A DNA stretch of 64,000 bases from Candidatus Komeilibacteria bacterium (GTDB taxonomy: Bacteria > Patescibacteriota > Patescibacteriia > UBA1558 > 2-01-FULL-52-15), in NCBI GenBank assembly GCA_043801745.1, contig JAZDLR010000021.1, positions 6,018 to 70,017 of the forward strand, given 5' to 3'. This document shows, piece by piece, positions 49,948 to 59,110 of this stretch. The notes beneath the pieces are model-generated. The model saw only the letters and a program-made list of their open reading frames with translations, was not told where the DNA came from and made no database searches. The number at the start of each line of letters is the position of its first letter. Position 1 is the stretch's first letter. A program made the position numbers and the translations under genes.

Positions 49948-50069
49948 GGCCGTACTCCTTTTTTGTCCCCGTAGGGGAGCTTTGGAAGGTACTGGCGACA
50001 GTGCGAAGCAGCTGTCTGAACGGCTATGGCCCGCCGTCTTACAGGGCTCCTCCTAGTTGAGGATTTTGC

Positions 50070-50098
50070 AGTATACTATATAGTTAAATATTTGTCAA
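50070..50098 (-). promoter_or_regulatory. sigma70-type promoter
   Basis: TTGACA-17nt-TATACT on minus strand. Confidence 0.75.
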
Positions 50099-50195
50099 CC
50101 CCGTTAGATATAATTAAGTTTAATTGAGAAAAACAAGGTTTTGTATGATTTTTCGCTTACTTACCTAATGCATGAAAAACATATATCTAACGGGG
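50099..50195. repeat. Family B element, long form, flanked by TCAA direct repeats
   Basis: tcaa|ccccgttagatata...tatatctaacgggg|tcaa. Confidence 0.8.
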
Positions 50196-50319
50196 TCAAT
50201 GTTTTAAATTTAGCTCTTGCGGAAGCCTAAAATATCTGCTATTCTATTGCGGTCATTGATTTTCTCAATGATGACAATCCTTTTCACTCCCTCGACAAGC
50301 TCGGGGCTAAGGCGAGCAA

Positions 50320-50393
50320 GGACACAAACCTATCAATTAAGCCTTCTAGGCAATTCTGCCCCGTCAAAGGGGTCGCCCAGAAGTAGATAGGAC
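50320..50393 (+). promoter_or_regulatory. Probable rpsB (S2) leader structure
   Basis: Nested stems cctatc/gatagg, cttct/agaag, cccc/gggg directly upstream of rpsB. Confidence 0.45.
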
Positions 50394-50417
50394 TTATTAT
50401 TTAAAGAAGAAAACAAT

Positions 50418-51179
50418 ATGGTTACTATACCAACGGCTTTGGAGATGCTGAAGTCCGGTGTCCATTTCGGCCATCAGACCCAGAAGCGTCATCCTAAAAT
50501 GAAGCCTTTTATTTTTACCAAACGTAACAACGTCTCCATTATTGATCTGGAGAGCACACGTGTTAAGTTAGAGGAAGCTCTGGACTTTGTGCGGCAGATC
50601 AGCGCTAACGGCGGCGTTATTTTATTTGTTGGTACCAAGAAACAGGCCCGGTCAGCTGTCAGGAAAGCGGCGGAAAGTTGTAAGTCACCGTTTATTATTG
50701 TGCGTTGGATCGGCGGCATGTTTACCAACTATGATAATATTTCCCGTTTGTTCACTAAATTAAAAAGTTTAGAAAGCGGTCAGACCACCGGTGAATGGAA
50801 AAAGTATACTAAAAAAGAACAAGTTTCTTTGGCCAAAGAAATGAAAAAGTTGGACGAATTTGTCGGCGGTGTCAAAGATATGAATAAATTACCCAAGGCA
50901 ATATTTGTGGTGGATATTAAGAAAGAAGAAACCGCCGTGGCTGAAGCCAACAAGCGCGGCATCCCGATCATTGCCATGACCGACACTAATGTTAATCCGG
51001 AGCTGGTTCAGTATCCGATCCCGGCCAACGATGACGCGGTAAAATCCATTGAAATGATCTCCGGTTTAATTGCCGCAGCTATCCAAGAAGGTCAGGCTAA
51101 TCCGGCCCGCCTGGAACCGAAAGCCGAGGTTAAGACTGAAAGTCAGCCTGTGGCTAAAGTAGCCCAAGAAGTTAAATAA
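50418..51179 (+). CDS. rpsB: 30S ribosomal protein S2
   Basis: GVHFGHQ, HPKMKPFI, FVGTKKQA, RWIGGMFTN, DTNVNP, PANDDA. Confidence 0.98.
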   Translation: MVTIPTALEMLKSGVHFGHQTQKRHPKMKPFIFTKRNNVSIIDLESTRVKLEEALDFVRQISANGGVILFVGTKKQARSAVRKAAESCKSPFIIVRWIGGMFTNYDNISRLFTKLKSLESGQTTGEWKKYTKKEQVSLAKEMKKLDEFVGGVKDMNKLPKAIFVVDIKKEETAVAEANKRGIPIIAMTDTNVNPELVQYPIPANDDAVKSIEMISGLIAAAIQEGQANPARLEPKAEVKTESQPVAKVAQEVK

Positions 51180-51199
51180 TTATTTTAAGCAAAACAAAT

Positions 51200-51973
51200 A
51201 TGTCTTTAGAATTGATCAAAAAAATTCGCACTCTGACCGGCGCCGGTATGATGGATGTGCAGAAAGCTTTGGCTGAAGCCGGCAATGATGAACAGAAAGC
51301 TATTGATTTATTGCGTGAGCGCGGACAGAAAATGGCGGCCAAACGTTCTGACCGTGAGACCAAAGAAGGCGTTATTGCTCTGGCCAAAGGTCAGGGGAAG
51401 CTAGCTTGGGCCTATTTAACTTGCGAAACTGATTTCGTGGCGCTGAACGCTGATTTTATTCAGGCAGTACAGGATTTCGCTGACCAGGCTCTAAGTCAGG
51501 GTGCTGATAGTGTGAATGCTAACGCGCCGGAAAAGGTTAACAAAGAATTGATTTTGAAAATTGGCGAGAACATTCAGTTTGGTGGCGTTGCCAGTTTCAG
51601 TGGCGCTGTTATCGGTTCCTATCTGCACGGCAACCGCAAAGTAGCCGCAGTTGTTATTTTAGAATTCGGCAGTCAGGAAGTGGCTAATGATATTGCTATG
51701 CAGGCAGCGGCTATGCGCCCCGATTATCTGCAGCCTGCCGATGTGCCAGCTGATATAGTTGCCAAAGAGAAAGAAGTCTATCGTAAGCAATTGGAAACTG
51801 AAGGTAAACCAGCGGCCATGATTGAGAAAATTTTGCCCGGTAAATTGGATAAATATTATTCTGAAGTTTGTCTGATTAAGCAAAAGTTTATTAAGGATGA
51901 TAAGCTGACTGTCGAGCAGTACTTGCAGAATAACCAGGCTGCCATTGTTTCTTTCAAATATCTGGCGTTGTAA
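51200..51973 (+). CDS. tsf: Elongation factor Ts
   Basis: TGAGMMD, CETDFVA, KIGENI, SYLH, GKLDK, QKFIKD. Confidence 0.96.
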   Translation: MSLELIKKIRTLTGAGMMDVQKALAEAGNDEQKAIDLLRERGQKMAAKRSDRETKEGVIALAKGQGKLAWAYLTCETDFVALNADFIQAVQDFADQALSQGADSVNANAPEKVNKELILKIGENIQFGGVASFSGAVIGSYLHGNRKVAAVVILEFGSQEVANDIAMQAAAMRPDYLQPADVPADIVAKEKEVYRKQLETEGKPAAMIEKILPGKLDKYYSEVCLIKQKFIKDDKLTVEQYLQNNQAAIVSFKYLAL

Positions 51974-52076
51974 ACGGAATAAGCTCAGTAATTTAGGCTC
52001 CTCATCAATCAATGATTGGTGGGGAGTTTTGTAAATTTTACTAACTATCGGATATTATGGATAAAATTCGGTTTTA

Positions 52077-52209
52077 CCGCTCGCCGCTAGGGCATTACTT
52101 TTGTGACCAAAAGTAATCAAAAGTCTTGGGGTCGCCTAGACTCGCCTTCGGTCTATTGATCCTTATCTTTCTTTTCTTGGGCTCAAACAAGTAGGCGACC
52201 CCAAACCCC
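52077..52209. repeat. Family D repeat, copy 2
   Basis: Same motif order as 48816-48941. Confidence 0.8.
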
Positions 52210-52366
52210 AAGAGTGATTTTGATATTTAAATTGGGTTATTTTTCAATGCTGCTGCAGGTATCAGCAACAGGACCCCCTCGTGAATTAAACTGCGTTGGG
52301 TTTTGTCAGGGCAAAAAAAGCCTCAATGTGCTATACTATTTCTAGTATTATTATTAATTTACACCT

Positions 52367-53377
52367 ATGCCCGCAGCAGCTAAAAAAGTCCGCGTTGCTA
52401 TTAACGGCTTTGGCCGTATTGGCCGGGCGGCTTTCAAAATCGCTTTGACCAATAAGCGTTACCGGATTGTGGCGATTAATGATTTAACTGACGCTCTAAC
52501 CCTGGCTCATTTATTGCAGAATGACACTGTTTACGGACGTTATGATAAAAAAGTTTCAGCCAGCGGCAGTAACTTGATAGTAGATAAGAAATCTTATCCG
52601 GTTATTGCCCAGCCCGATCCGACAAAATTGCCCTGGAAAAAATATCAGGTAGACGTGGTGCTGGAATGTACCGGCCGGTTTGTTGACGGTGATAAAGCTA
52701 AGGCTCATCTGAAAGCCGGTGCCAAGCGGGTAATTCTTTCTGCTCCGGCCAAAGGCGGAGGAGTGCAGACTTATTTGCTGGGAGTTAACGCTCATCACTA
52801 TAAAGGTGAAGCTATCATTTCTAATGCTTCTTGCACTACGAACTGCATCGCGCCGGTCGCTCAGGTGATGGAATCGGTGTTCGGTGTGGAGAAAGCTATG
52901 ATGACCACGATTCATTCTTACACCGCTGATCAAAATTTAATGGACGGTCCGCATAAAGATCAACGCCGGGCCCGGGCAGCTGGCGTGAACATTGTCCCGA
53001 CCACGACCGGCGCGGCCCTGGCCATGGGCGAAGTTATTCCGGAGTTGCAGGGAATCTTTGATGGTTTGGCCATCCGCGTGCCAACCATTTGCGGCTCGCT
53101 GTCGGATTTCACTTTTTTACTAAAGAAAAATGTGACGGTTAAGCAGGTTAATGACGCTTTGATTAAAGCCAGCAAGTCGCCGCGGATGCGGGGTATTTTG
53201 ATGTGTACTGATGAACCTTTGGTTTCCACGGACATTATCGGCAATCCCTATTCTTCGATTGTTGATCTGTCATTAACTAAGGTAGTGGACGGCAATTTGG
53301 TGAAAGTTATTGCCTGGTATGATAATGAATACGGTTACTCGCGGCGTTTGGTGGAAATGATTGATTCAATTATGTAA
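52367..53377 (+). CDS. gap: Type I glyceraldehyde-3-phosphate dehydrogenase
   Basis: INGFGRIGR, SNASCTTNC, RARAA, WYDNEYGYS. Confidence 0.98.
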   Translation: MPAAAKKVRVAINGFGRIGRAAFKIALTNKRYRIVAINDLTDALTLAHLLQNDTVYGRYDKKVSASGSNLIVDKKSYPVIAQPDPTKLPWKKYQVDVVLECTGRFVDGDKAKAHLKAGAKRVILSAPAKGGGVQTYLLGVNAHHYKGEAIISNASCTTNCIAPVAQVMESVFGVEKAMMTTIHSYTADQNLMDGPHKDQRRARAAGVNIVPTTTGAALAMGEVIPELQGIFDGLAIRVPTICGSLSDFTFLLKKNVTVKQVNDALIKASKSPRMRGILMCTDEPLVSTDIIGNPYSSIVDLSLTKVVDGNLVKVIAWYDNEYGYSRRLVEMIDSIM

Positions 53378-53379
53378 TC

Positions 53380-53745
53380 ATGTCAGTAGAAATCCCTGAT
53401 CCTAATAATGAATTAGCTTTTGGTCCAGGCGATCGTGTGGAGGATTTTGATTTTCACCCCGACCATGAAGGTAAATATGATTTTGCTGAAGCATTGGAAC
53501 TGAGTGAGGATTTCGTTGACTTATGTCTAGTGTTCCGGGAGCAGGATACAATTAAGTCTGCCTCTGGCTCTGATGTTTCGGTTGATGATACTGTGCGTTT
53601 ACTTGAGCAGATTGCCGCCAAGGCCAAGGAGGAGATATCCGTTCGCAATGAGCAAGAGTTGCACGCTCTGATCTTACAGCTGCCCAATGTCGTGGGTTTA
53701 TTTGACAAAGTTATCAAGTTGTTGAATCCTGAAGGTAAGAATTAA
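53380..53745 (+). CDS. Hypothetical acidic protein
   Basis: 121-aa ORF tightly packed between gap and cysS. Confidence 0.65.
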   Translation: MSVEIPDPNNELAFGPGDRVEDFDFHPDHEGKYDFAEALELSEDFVDLCLVFREQDTIKSASGSDVSVDDTVRLLEQIAAKAKEEISVRNEQELHALILQLPNVVGLFDKVIKLLNPEGKN

Positions 53746-53757
53746 CTTTTTGTCGCC

Positions 53758-55131
53758 ATGAAACTCTATAATAGCCTGACGCGAGTTAAGGAGGATTTCC
53801 TGCCCTTAGTGCCTGGTCAGGTGGGTTTGTATACTTGCGGACCCACTGTTTATGACTATCAGCACATTGGCAATTTACGCGCTTATATTACCTGGGACGT
53901 GCTTAAGCGGCTGTTAACCCATCATGGCTTAGCCGTCACGCATATTATGAATATTACCGATGTCGGTCATCTGACTTCGGATAATGACAGCGGCGAAGAT
54001 AAGTTGGAGGTGGCCAAACTGCGCGACCGTAAGAGCGCCTGGGATGTGGCCTTGGATTATACCCAAATTTTTAAAGACGATTTAGCGGCTGTCAATGTTC
54101 TGTCGCCGACTCATTTTGTGCCGGCTACGGAAACGATCACCGAGCAGATTGCGCTGGCGCTGAAATTAGACGCGGCCGGCTTTCTTTACCGCACCAGCGA
54201 TGGCATGTATTTTGATACCAGCAAATTGGCTGACTACGGTAAACTGGCGCAGATAAATAAAGTGGATTTACTGGCTGGCGCGCGTGTGGAAATGAATCCG
54301 GAAAAGAAAAATGTCAGTGATTTTGCCGTTTGGAAATTTAGTCCCAAGAAAAGCCAGCGCGATATGGAGTGGAACAGTCCCTGGGGCAAGGGTTTCCCGG
54401 GTTGGCATTTGGAATGTTCGGCTATCAGCATGTTGTATTTAGGTGAGACTTTTGATATTCATACCGGCGGTATTGATCATCTGACCGTGCATCATCCTAA
54501 TGAAATGGCGCAGTCAGAGGCGGTTACCGGTAAGCCGCTGGCCAAATATTGGCTGCATAATGCTTTCTTAAATTTCGGTGAAGATAAAATGTCTAAATCC
54601 AAGGGTACTTTCGTGACTTTGGATGATCTGCGGGAAAAAGGTATTCCGCCGCTGGCTTACCGTTTTTTCCTGCTGCAAACTCATTACCGTAAAGTTGTAC
54701 AGTTTTCTTGGGACGCTCTGGAAGCAGCCAAGACCGGTCTGATTAACTTAGGCCAGCAGATTGTCTATTTTCCCGATGCCTCAGGTTCCTGTCAGGAATA
54801 TGATCAGCAATTCTTGGAAGCCATAGATAATGATTTGGCTACGCCTCAGGCCCTGGCCGTAATGATGGAAATGTTAGGCTCGCGTTTGCCTTCAGCGCAG
54901 AAGATGGGCAGTTTGGAAATGATGGAAAGTATTTTAGATTTAGGCTTACTGGAAGAGCGCTAGCGCCGCCGGCAAATTCCGCAGATTGCTTATCCTTTGC
55001 TTAATGAGCGCACTAAGGCGCGTGAGGAAAAGAATTGGAAACGTTCGGACCGTTTGCGTGAAGAACTGTCCAAGTTAGGAATTGAAGTAAAAGATACCGG
55101 CGATGGTCAGCAGGCCGTGATGAGGCACTAG
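53758..55131 (+). CDS. cysS: Cysteine--tRNA ligase interrupted by an in-frame TAG at 54961-54963
   Basis: [28 protein letters not shown]; after TAG the same frame continues for 55 codons with anticodon-binding motif R..AR..KNW..SD.LR..L...GI.V.D. Confidence 0.93.
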
Positions 55132-55174
55132 GGAAATTCAAAATTTAAAATTCAAAAAGCAAAATCAAAGGTAT

Positions 55175-55615
55175 ATGGAAATTGGATTAATTGTCCATGT
55201 TTTAATTTTAAATACTGAGGGTAAGCTTTTAGTTTTGCGCCGGCAGAAGAATGATAATGTTTTACCGGGTTATTGGGATATACCCGGCGGAACTTTAGAA
55301 GTAGGGGAGGATCCGGCAGTTGGCGCAGCGCGTGAGGCGCGTGAGGAATGCGGTTTGGAAGTTGAGCATCTGCGGATCGTACATTTTACTTCTAATATTG
55401 ACCAAGAGAAGAATAAACAGTTTGTCCGGTTAATTTTTCAGGCCCGCGCTAAAACCGATAATATTAAGCTTAATCCGGAGGAGCATGATCATTACCGTTG
55501 GATTGACCCCGTTAGAGAGGAAATCTCTAACGGGGTTGATCTTGCACATCCCGACGACCTAAAATATGTTGATTATTTGAAGGGGTGTTTTGGGTTGTTG
55601 ATTGCCAGGAGTTGA
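55175..55615 (+). CDS. NUDIX hydrolase with in-frame palindromic insertion
   Basis: [24 protein letters not shown]; insertion [11 protein letters not shown] encoded by a family B element. Confidence 0.9.
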   Translation: MEIGLIVHVLILNTEGKLLVLRRQKNDNVLPGYWDIPGGTLEVGEDPAVGAAREAREECGLEVEHLRIVHFTSNIDQEKNKQFVRLIFQARAKTDNIKLNPEEHDHYRWIDPVREEISNGVDLAHPDDLKYVDYLKGCFGLLIARS

Positions 55616-55686
55616 TTTAGTTTTGGCGAATAGGCCAGAGTTATTTTTAAAAGCTCCATCTGTAATGTTTCTGGTAGAAATTTAGT

Positions 55687-56235
55687 TTAAGATTTACACC
55701 ACTGAGACCAATCATTATAACTGGCAACCCTTCGATGATCACGACCGACTTTATATTCTGCGCTAAAGGCATCAAAAGGAATGAATTTGTTCTTTCCTGG
55801 CAGATAAACCTCAATCCAGGCATGACTGCGCCAGACACCGTTTCTCTTTAATTTTCCGTCAATAAGTTTCGTTGGTAAGCCAAGGTAACGAAGCACCAGA
55901 GCACTGACGCTGGCGATGCTGCCACAAGTACGTAGTCGCCGCCGGAGTATGACCGATACCGGTAGACAGCGCGACTCACTCTTTTTTTGAGTTGTGGAGG
56001 TGTGATATTTGGCGGGATTAAAATAGTTTCGAATATCGGTGATAATTTTAAAAATGAGCTTATCGCTTACTTGATAATTCTTATAGTTAGAAAAGTTTCG
56101 TAAAAATGAAATTGGGTAGTCGGAGCAATAAGGGCCATTAGTTAAATATTTCGAGGGTGAGGTCAAAATATTATTGCTATTTTGAATTAATAATTTTTTC
56201 TCTTTCTTCGTGCTCGAGATGTTTTGTTTCTTCAT
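55687..56235 (-). CDS. Transglutaminase-like (Cys-His-Asp) protein
   Basis: TCGSIA..L..LGLP, HAWIEVY, PFD. Confidence 0.75.
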   Translation of the reverse strand: MKKQNISSTKKEKKLLIQNSNNILTSPSKYLTNGPYCSDYPISFLRNFSNYKNYQVSDKLIFKIITDIRNYFNPAKYHTSTTQKKSESRCLPVSVILRRRLRTCGSIASVSALVLRYLGLPTKLIDGKLKRNGVWRSHAWIEVYLPGKNKFIPFDAFSAEYKVGRDHRRVASYNDWSQWCKS

Positions 56236-56548
56236 AATATATTAGGTGCTTAATTTCATGATCAATAACTTTGTTGAAACCACCGGCATTTTCAATTTCC
56301 CAAGGGCAGATAAAAATTTTATTAGGAGGAGTAAAGGCTCCCCAGGTGCCACAGTGTACCCAATAACAAATAATATCTCGATCGGAAAAGAGTTCGATTT
56401 TGGGTCTCTTGAACCACAGCAATAACATTCTAAAGATATTTGGATAGAAAACTACGAGTTTTTTTTGTTTAAGCCACTTAAGATTGCTTAAAGTTCTATA
56501 ACTCCAGCGTAAGTCTTCAATTAGGCTATATTTATAGGCAATCATCAA
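56177..56548 (-). CDS. Small HEXXH zincin-like protein
   Basis: WGAF..PNKIFI, DHEIKH. Confidence 0.55.
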   Translation of the reverse strand: MMIAYKYSLIEDLRWSYRTLSNLKWLKQKKLVVFYPNIFRMLLLWFKRPKIELFSDRDIICYWVHCGTWGAFTPPNKIFICPWEIENAGGFNKVIDHEIKHLIYYEETKHLEHEEREKIINSK

Positions 56549-56698
56549 GAATAATTTCTAAGATAGTGTGTTTAGAAACAACGATAAAGCATTTACTAAT
56601 TGAGGTAAATTTTGTCCGTTTATAGTCTCGTTCGTGGACAATCGGCGTAGTAGAGACCGTTGATTATGTATTTTGAGTACACGGGTGTCTGGCACGTC

Positions 56699-57343
56699 TT
56701 AAATATTATTCAAATATTCTTCTGATAGTTTATCAAAGGTCGTGATAATATCGCGATTTACTTTCCAGCTATCAATCACTAATTGACGTAGTTTCTCATG
56801 ACCCAGATAGCCAATTTCAGGACGTTCAATTAAATCGCTCAATTCTAAATTAAGTAATTCAGTCAAGGACTCTTTGATATCGTACCTCTTCTTTTCCTCC
56901 ATTTCACGTAATTTTTTGTCAAAAACGTGATAAGTGTAAAAATGAAGTAGCTCGTGGCAAATTATTCTTAGTGGCTCATTACTATAAGCCGTGACAAAAA
57001 AATAATTTTGACCTAAACCGCATCTATCATTTGTTGTCAAATAGGCGGTCAATTCTTGTTGCGGGTAATCGTAATTGAAAATTTTATCCAGGCGGGTTTT
57101 AACGTTATTTTCAACTGGTAGCCATAATGTCTGGATGTCAAGTAATTTTTGTCGAAGATCAAATTTATTATATTTGACGAAGCCTTCGATAAATTTTGTC
57201 AAATTATTATCGCTAAAATCATATGCAAATTTTTTAGTAAAAAACGCCAAAACCTTTGAATCGCCGCCTTTATATTTGGTATTGGCAATTATTTTATAGT
57301 TTTCTATATCTTTTTCTAGATCATACTTTATATTTAGCAGCAT
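56699..57343 (-). CDS. HEXXH metallopeptidase-like protein
   Basis: CHELLH followed by KESLTELLN (candidate third ligand E) and GYLGH; ATG at 57343. Confidence 0.7.
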   Translation of the reverse strand: MLLNIKYDLEKDIENYKIIANTKYKGGDSKVLAFFTKKFAYDFSDNNLTKFIEGFVKYNKFDLRQKLLDIQTLWLPVENNVKTRLDKIFNYDYPQQELTAYLTTNDRCGLGQNYFFVTAYSNEPLRIICHELLHFYTYHVFDKKLREMEEKKRYDIKESLTELLNLELSDLIERPEIGYLGHEKLRQLVIDSWKVNRDIITTFDKLSEEYLNNI

Positions 57344-57364
57344 AATGAATATTGTTAATAAATA

Positions 57365-57393
57365 GTTGAGGCCCACCTTTAGGGTAGGCCTCA
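57365..57393 (-). terminator. Hairpin after precursor peptide gene
   Basis: ttgaggcc(c/t)acc-tttta/ttta-gg.taggcctcaa inverted repeat. Confidence 0.6.
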
Positions 57394-57420
57394 ATGGATT
57401 ACTAGTCAACGTGATGTCAA

Positions 57421-57588
57421 CTAGTCCTGATCACATGACACGCAGTTGGTGCCACCGCTTCCGCTGCTACCGCCGTCTGAGCAGTCACAGTTGTAGCAGT
57501 TGTCAACGATGACGAGCGGTAACATTTGCATGGCTGGAAAGTCTTCCCTTGCTTCCAGCATGGCTTTTATGTCGAACTCCTCATTCAT
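57421..57588 (-). CDS. Putative RiPP precursor peptide (55 aa, Cys-rich C-terminal core)
   Basis: SD aaggagg, ATG overlapping the rSAM stop (ATGAATGA); MNEEFDIKAMLEAREDFPAMQMLPLVIVDNCYNCDCSDGGSSGSGGTNCVSCDQD. Confidence 0.72.
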   Translation of the reverse strand: MNEEFDIKAMLEAREDFPAMQMLPLVIVDNCYNCDCSDGGSSGSGGTNCVSCDQD

Positions 57589-58921
57589 AACCGTCCTCCT
57601 TTCGCTCTCGGTCAAGAGAGATGAACCCCCTTGAAGCAAGTAGAGAAATGACGCGCGTGAATTCTCTATCGCCAGGATGACATCCGGACAATTGAGCTAG
57701 ACGTGCAAGCGATATTGGAGAATTGTTCCTAAGAAAGATGACAAAATGAAACATTGGCCCATTGATCGCGGTTACGTTCCTGTTTGCCCGCGAAGAGGCG
57801 ATCAAATATGTGTTTTTTCCCTCCCCTCTATATCTTAGTGGGTTTGACAACGTTACTACAGTGTCGGGTGTTAACTGTGGTGCTATACCTGAATTTGGTT
57901 TCTCAGGTGGTCTTGCGGTGGGAGTTGTCATCCATGGGTCCTCACCTTTGTCATGGCCGGTTAAAGCTTTGGCGGTAATTCTGCAGCCGCCGAAGCAATT
58001 TGTCACTAGGCCACAGGCGAGGCATCTATCGGGAGTTGTCTGTGTGTCTCGCCACTCAGACATTTTTTCCCAGATTGTCTCCAGTGGTTCGGATAGAAGG
58101 TTCCCATAGATTTTTGGGTTATGAGAACAGGGACGGATGTCGCCATTGTTGGCAATAGAAGCTACGGTTTTTCCCGCCTGACAGCAACGACTTACGAAAG
58201 AGTAACCGGCATCTCTTACGTACGGCGGGAATATACATTTGGGTAGCGCTTCAAAGATGTCAACCTCCATCCGTAGTTTTTCCTTAATACGGATTAGCTC
58301 TTTGATGACGGTTAGAACATCTTCTTGAGACAGCAGACGTGTGGAGTCAGGATTTTGAAGATTGAGTGCCATTGGGGTGACACCAAACATCCTTACTCCT
58401 AGATCACGCATCCGTTCCGCGGTTTGTCTGATATCGGCCAGATTTCGTTTATTGACCACCATATTGATGGCAAAGCGCTGTCCACTAGCGATAAGCATTT
58501 TAAGGTTATATTCAAACCTTTCGTAAATGCCGCCGCCAGTCATAGCCGAGTACAGTCGAGCATCACTCGAAGGACAGGAAACGAGCATGCTGTCGAGACC
58601 ACGGGCCACAAGAGATGCCAGTGATGCTTGATTGAGAAGAATCAGATTGGTGTTAAGCGATACATAAACACCATTTTGTTTGAGGTAATGAATCACCCTG
58701 AGAGCTAGCTCCTTGCGTACTAAAGGCTCGCCCCCGGTAACTACCACACCAAAAATCCGATCTTCAACGAGTTTCCTGGCCATTTCCATTACCAGCTCAT
58801 CAGGAATATCGGCCGTTTTTTTGACACGGTCGAATTCGAGATGATAGCAATGACTGCAACGCAAATTACATCTGTCAGTAATCTCCAGTTGCATATTTAT
58901 GGGTCGAGTCAGAGTCGGCAT
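57581..58921 (-). CDS. Radical SAM/SPASM-domain peptide maturase with C-terminal RRE-like domain
   Basis: CNLRCSHC, TGGEP, SPASM CQAG..NGDIRPC..CLAC...CFGGC; ATG at 58921 with SD ggagg. Confidence 0.88.
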   Translation of the reverse strand: MPTLTRPINMQLEITDRCNLRCSHCYHLEFDRVKKTADIPDELVMEMARKLVEDRIFGVVVTGGEPLVRKELALRVIHYLKQNGVYVSLNTNLILLNQASLASLVARGLDSMLVSCPSSDARLYSAMTGGGIYERFEYNLKMLIASGQRFAINMVVNKRNLADIRQTAERMRDLGVRMFGVTPMALNLQNPDSTRLLSQEDVLTVIKELIRIKEKLRMEVDIFEALPKCIFPPYVRDAGYSFVSRCCQAGKTVASIANNGDIRPCSHNPKIYGNLLSEPLETIWEKMSEWRDTQTTPDRCLACGLVTNCFGGCRITAKALTGHDKGEDPWMTTPTARPPEKPNSGIAPQLTPDTVVTLSNPLRYRGEGKNTYLIASSRANRNVTAINGPMFHFVIFLRNNSPISLARLAQLSGCHPGDREFTRVISLLASRGFISLDRERKEDGYE

Positions 58922-59081
58922 CTTGTCCTCCGAGGTATCGTTATGCACATAGCAGACCGACGGCTATCAAATATGCCGTCTCACATTCCTTCGCCAAGGT
59001 AGGTACTGTTCATGACAAAGTCGTCAGTTTGAGTCTGAAACCGACGGCTATATTTGTGTTAAAGTACTTGTTTACATATGT

Positions 59082-59110
59082 ATTTTAGCATCTTGTTCTG
59101 CTATTGGTAA
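59082..59110 (-). promoter_or_regulatory. Probable promoter of the rSAM operon
   Basis: TTACCA-17nt-TAAAAT with extended TG. Confidence 0.5.
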
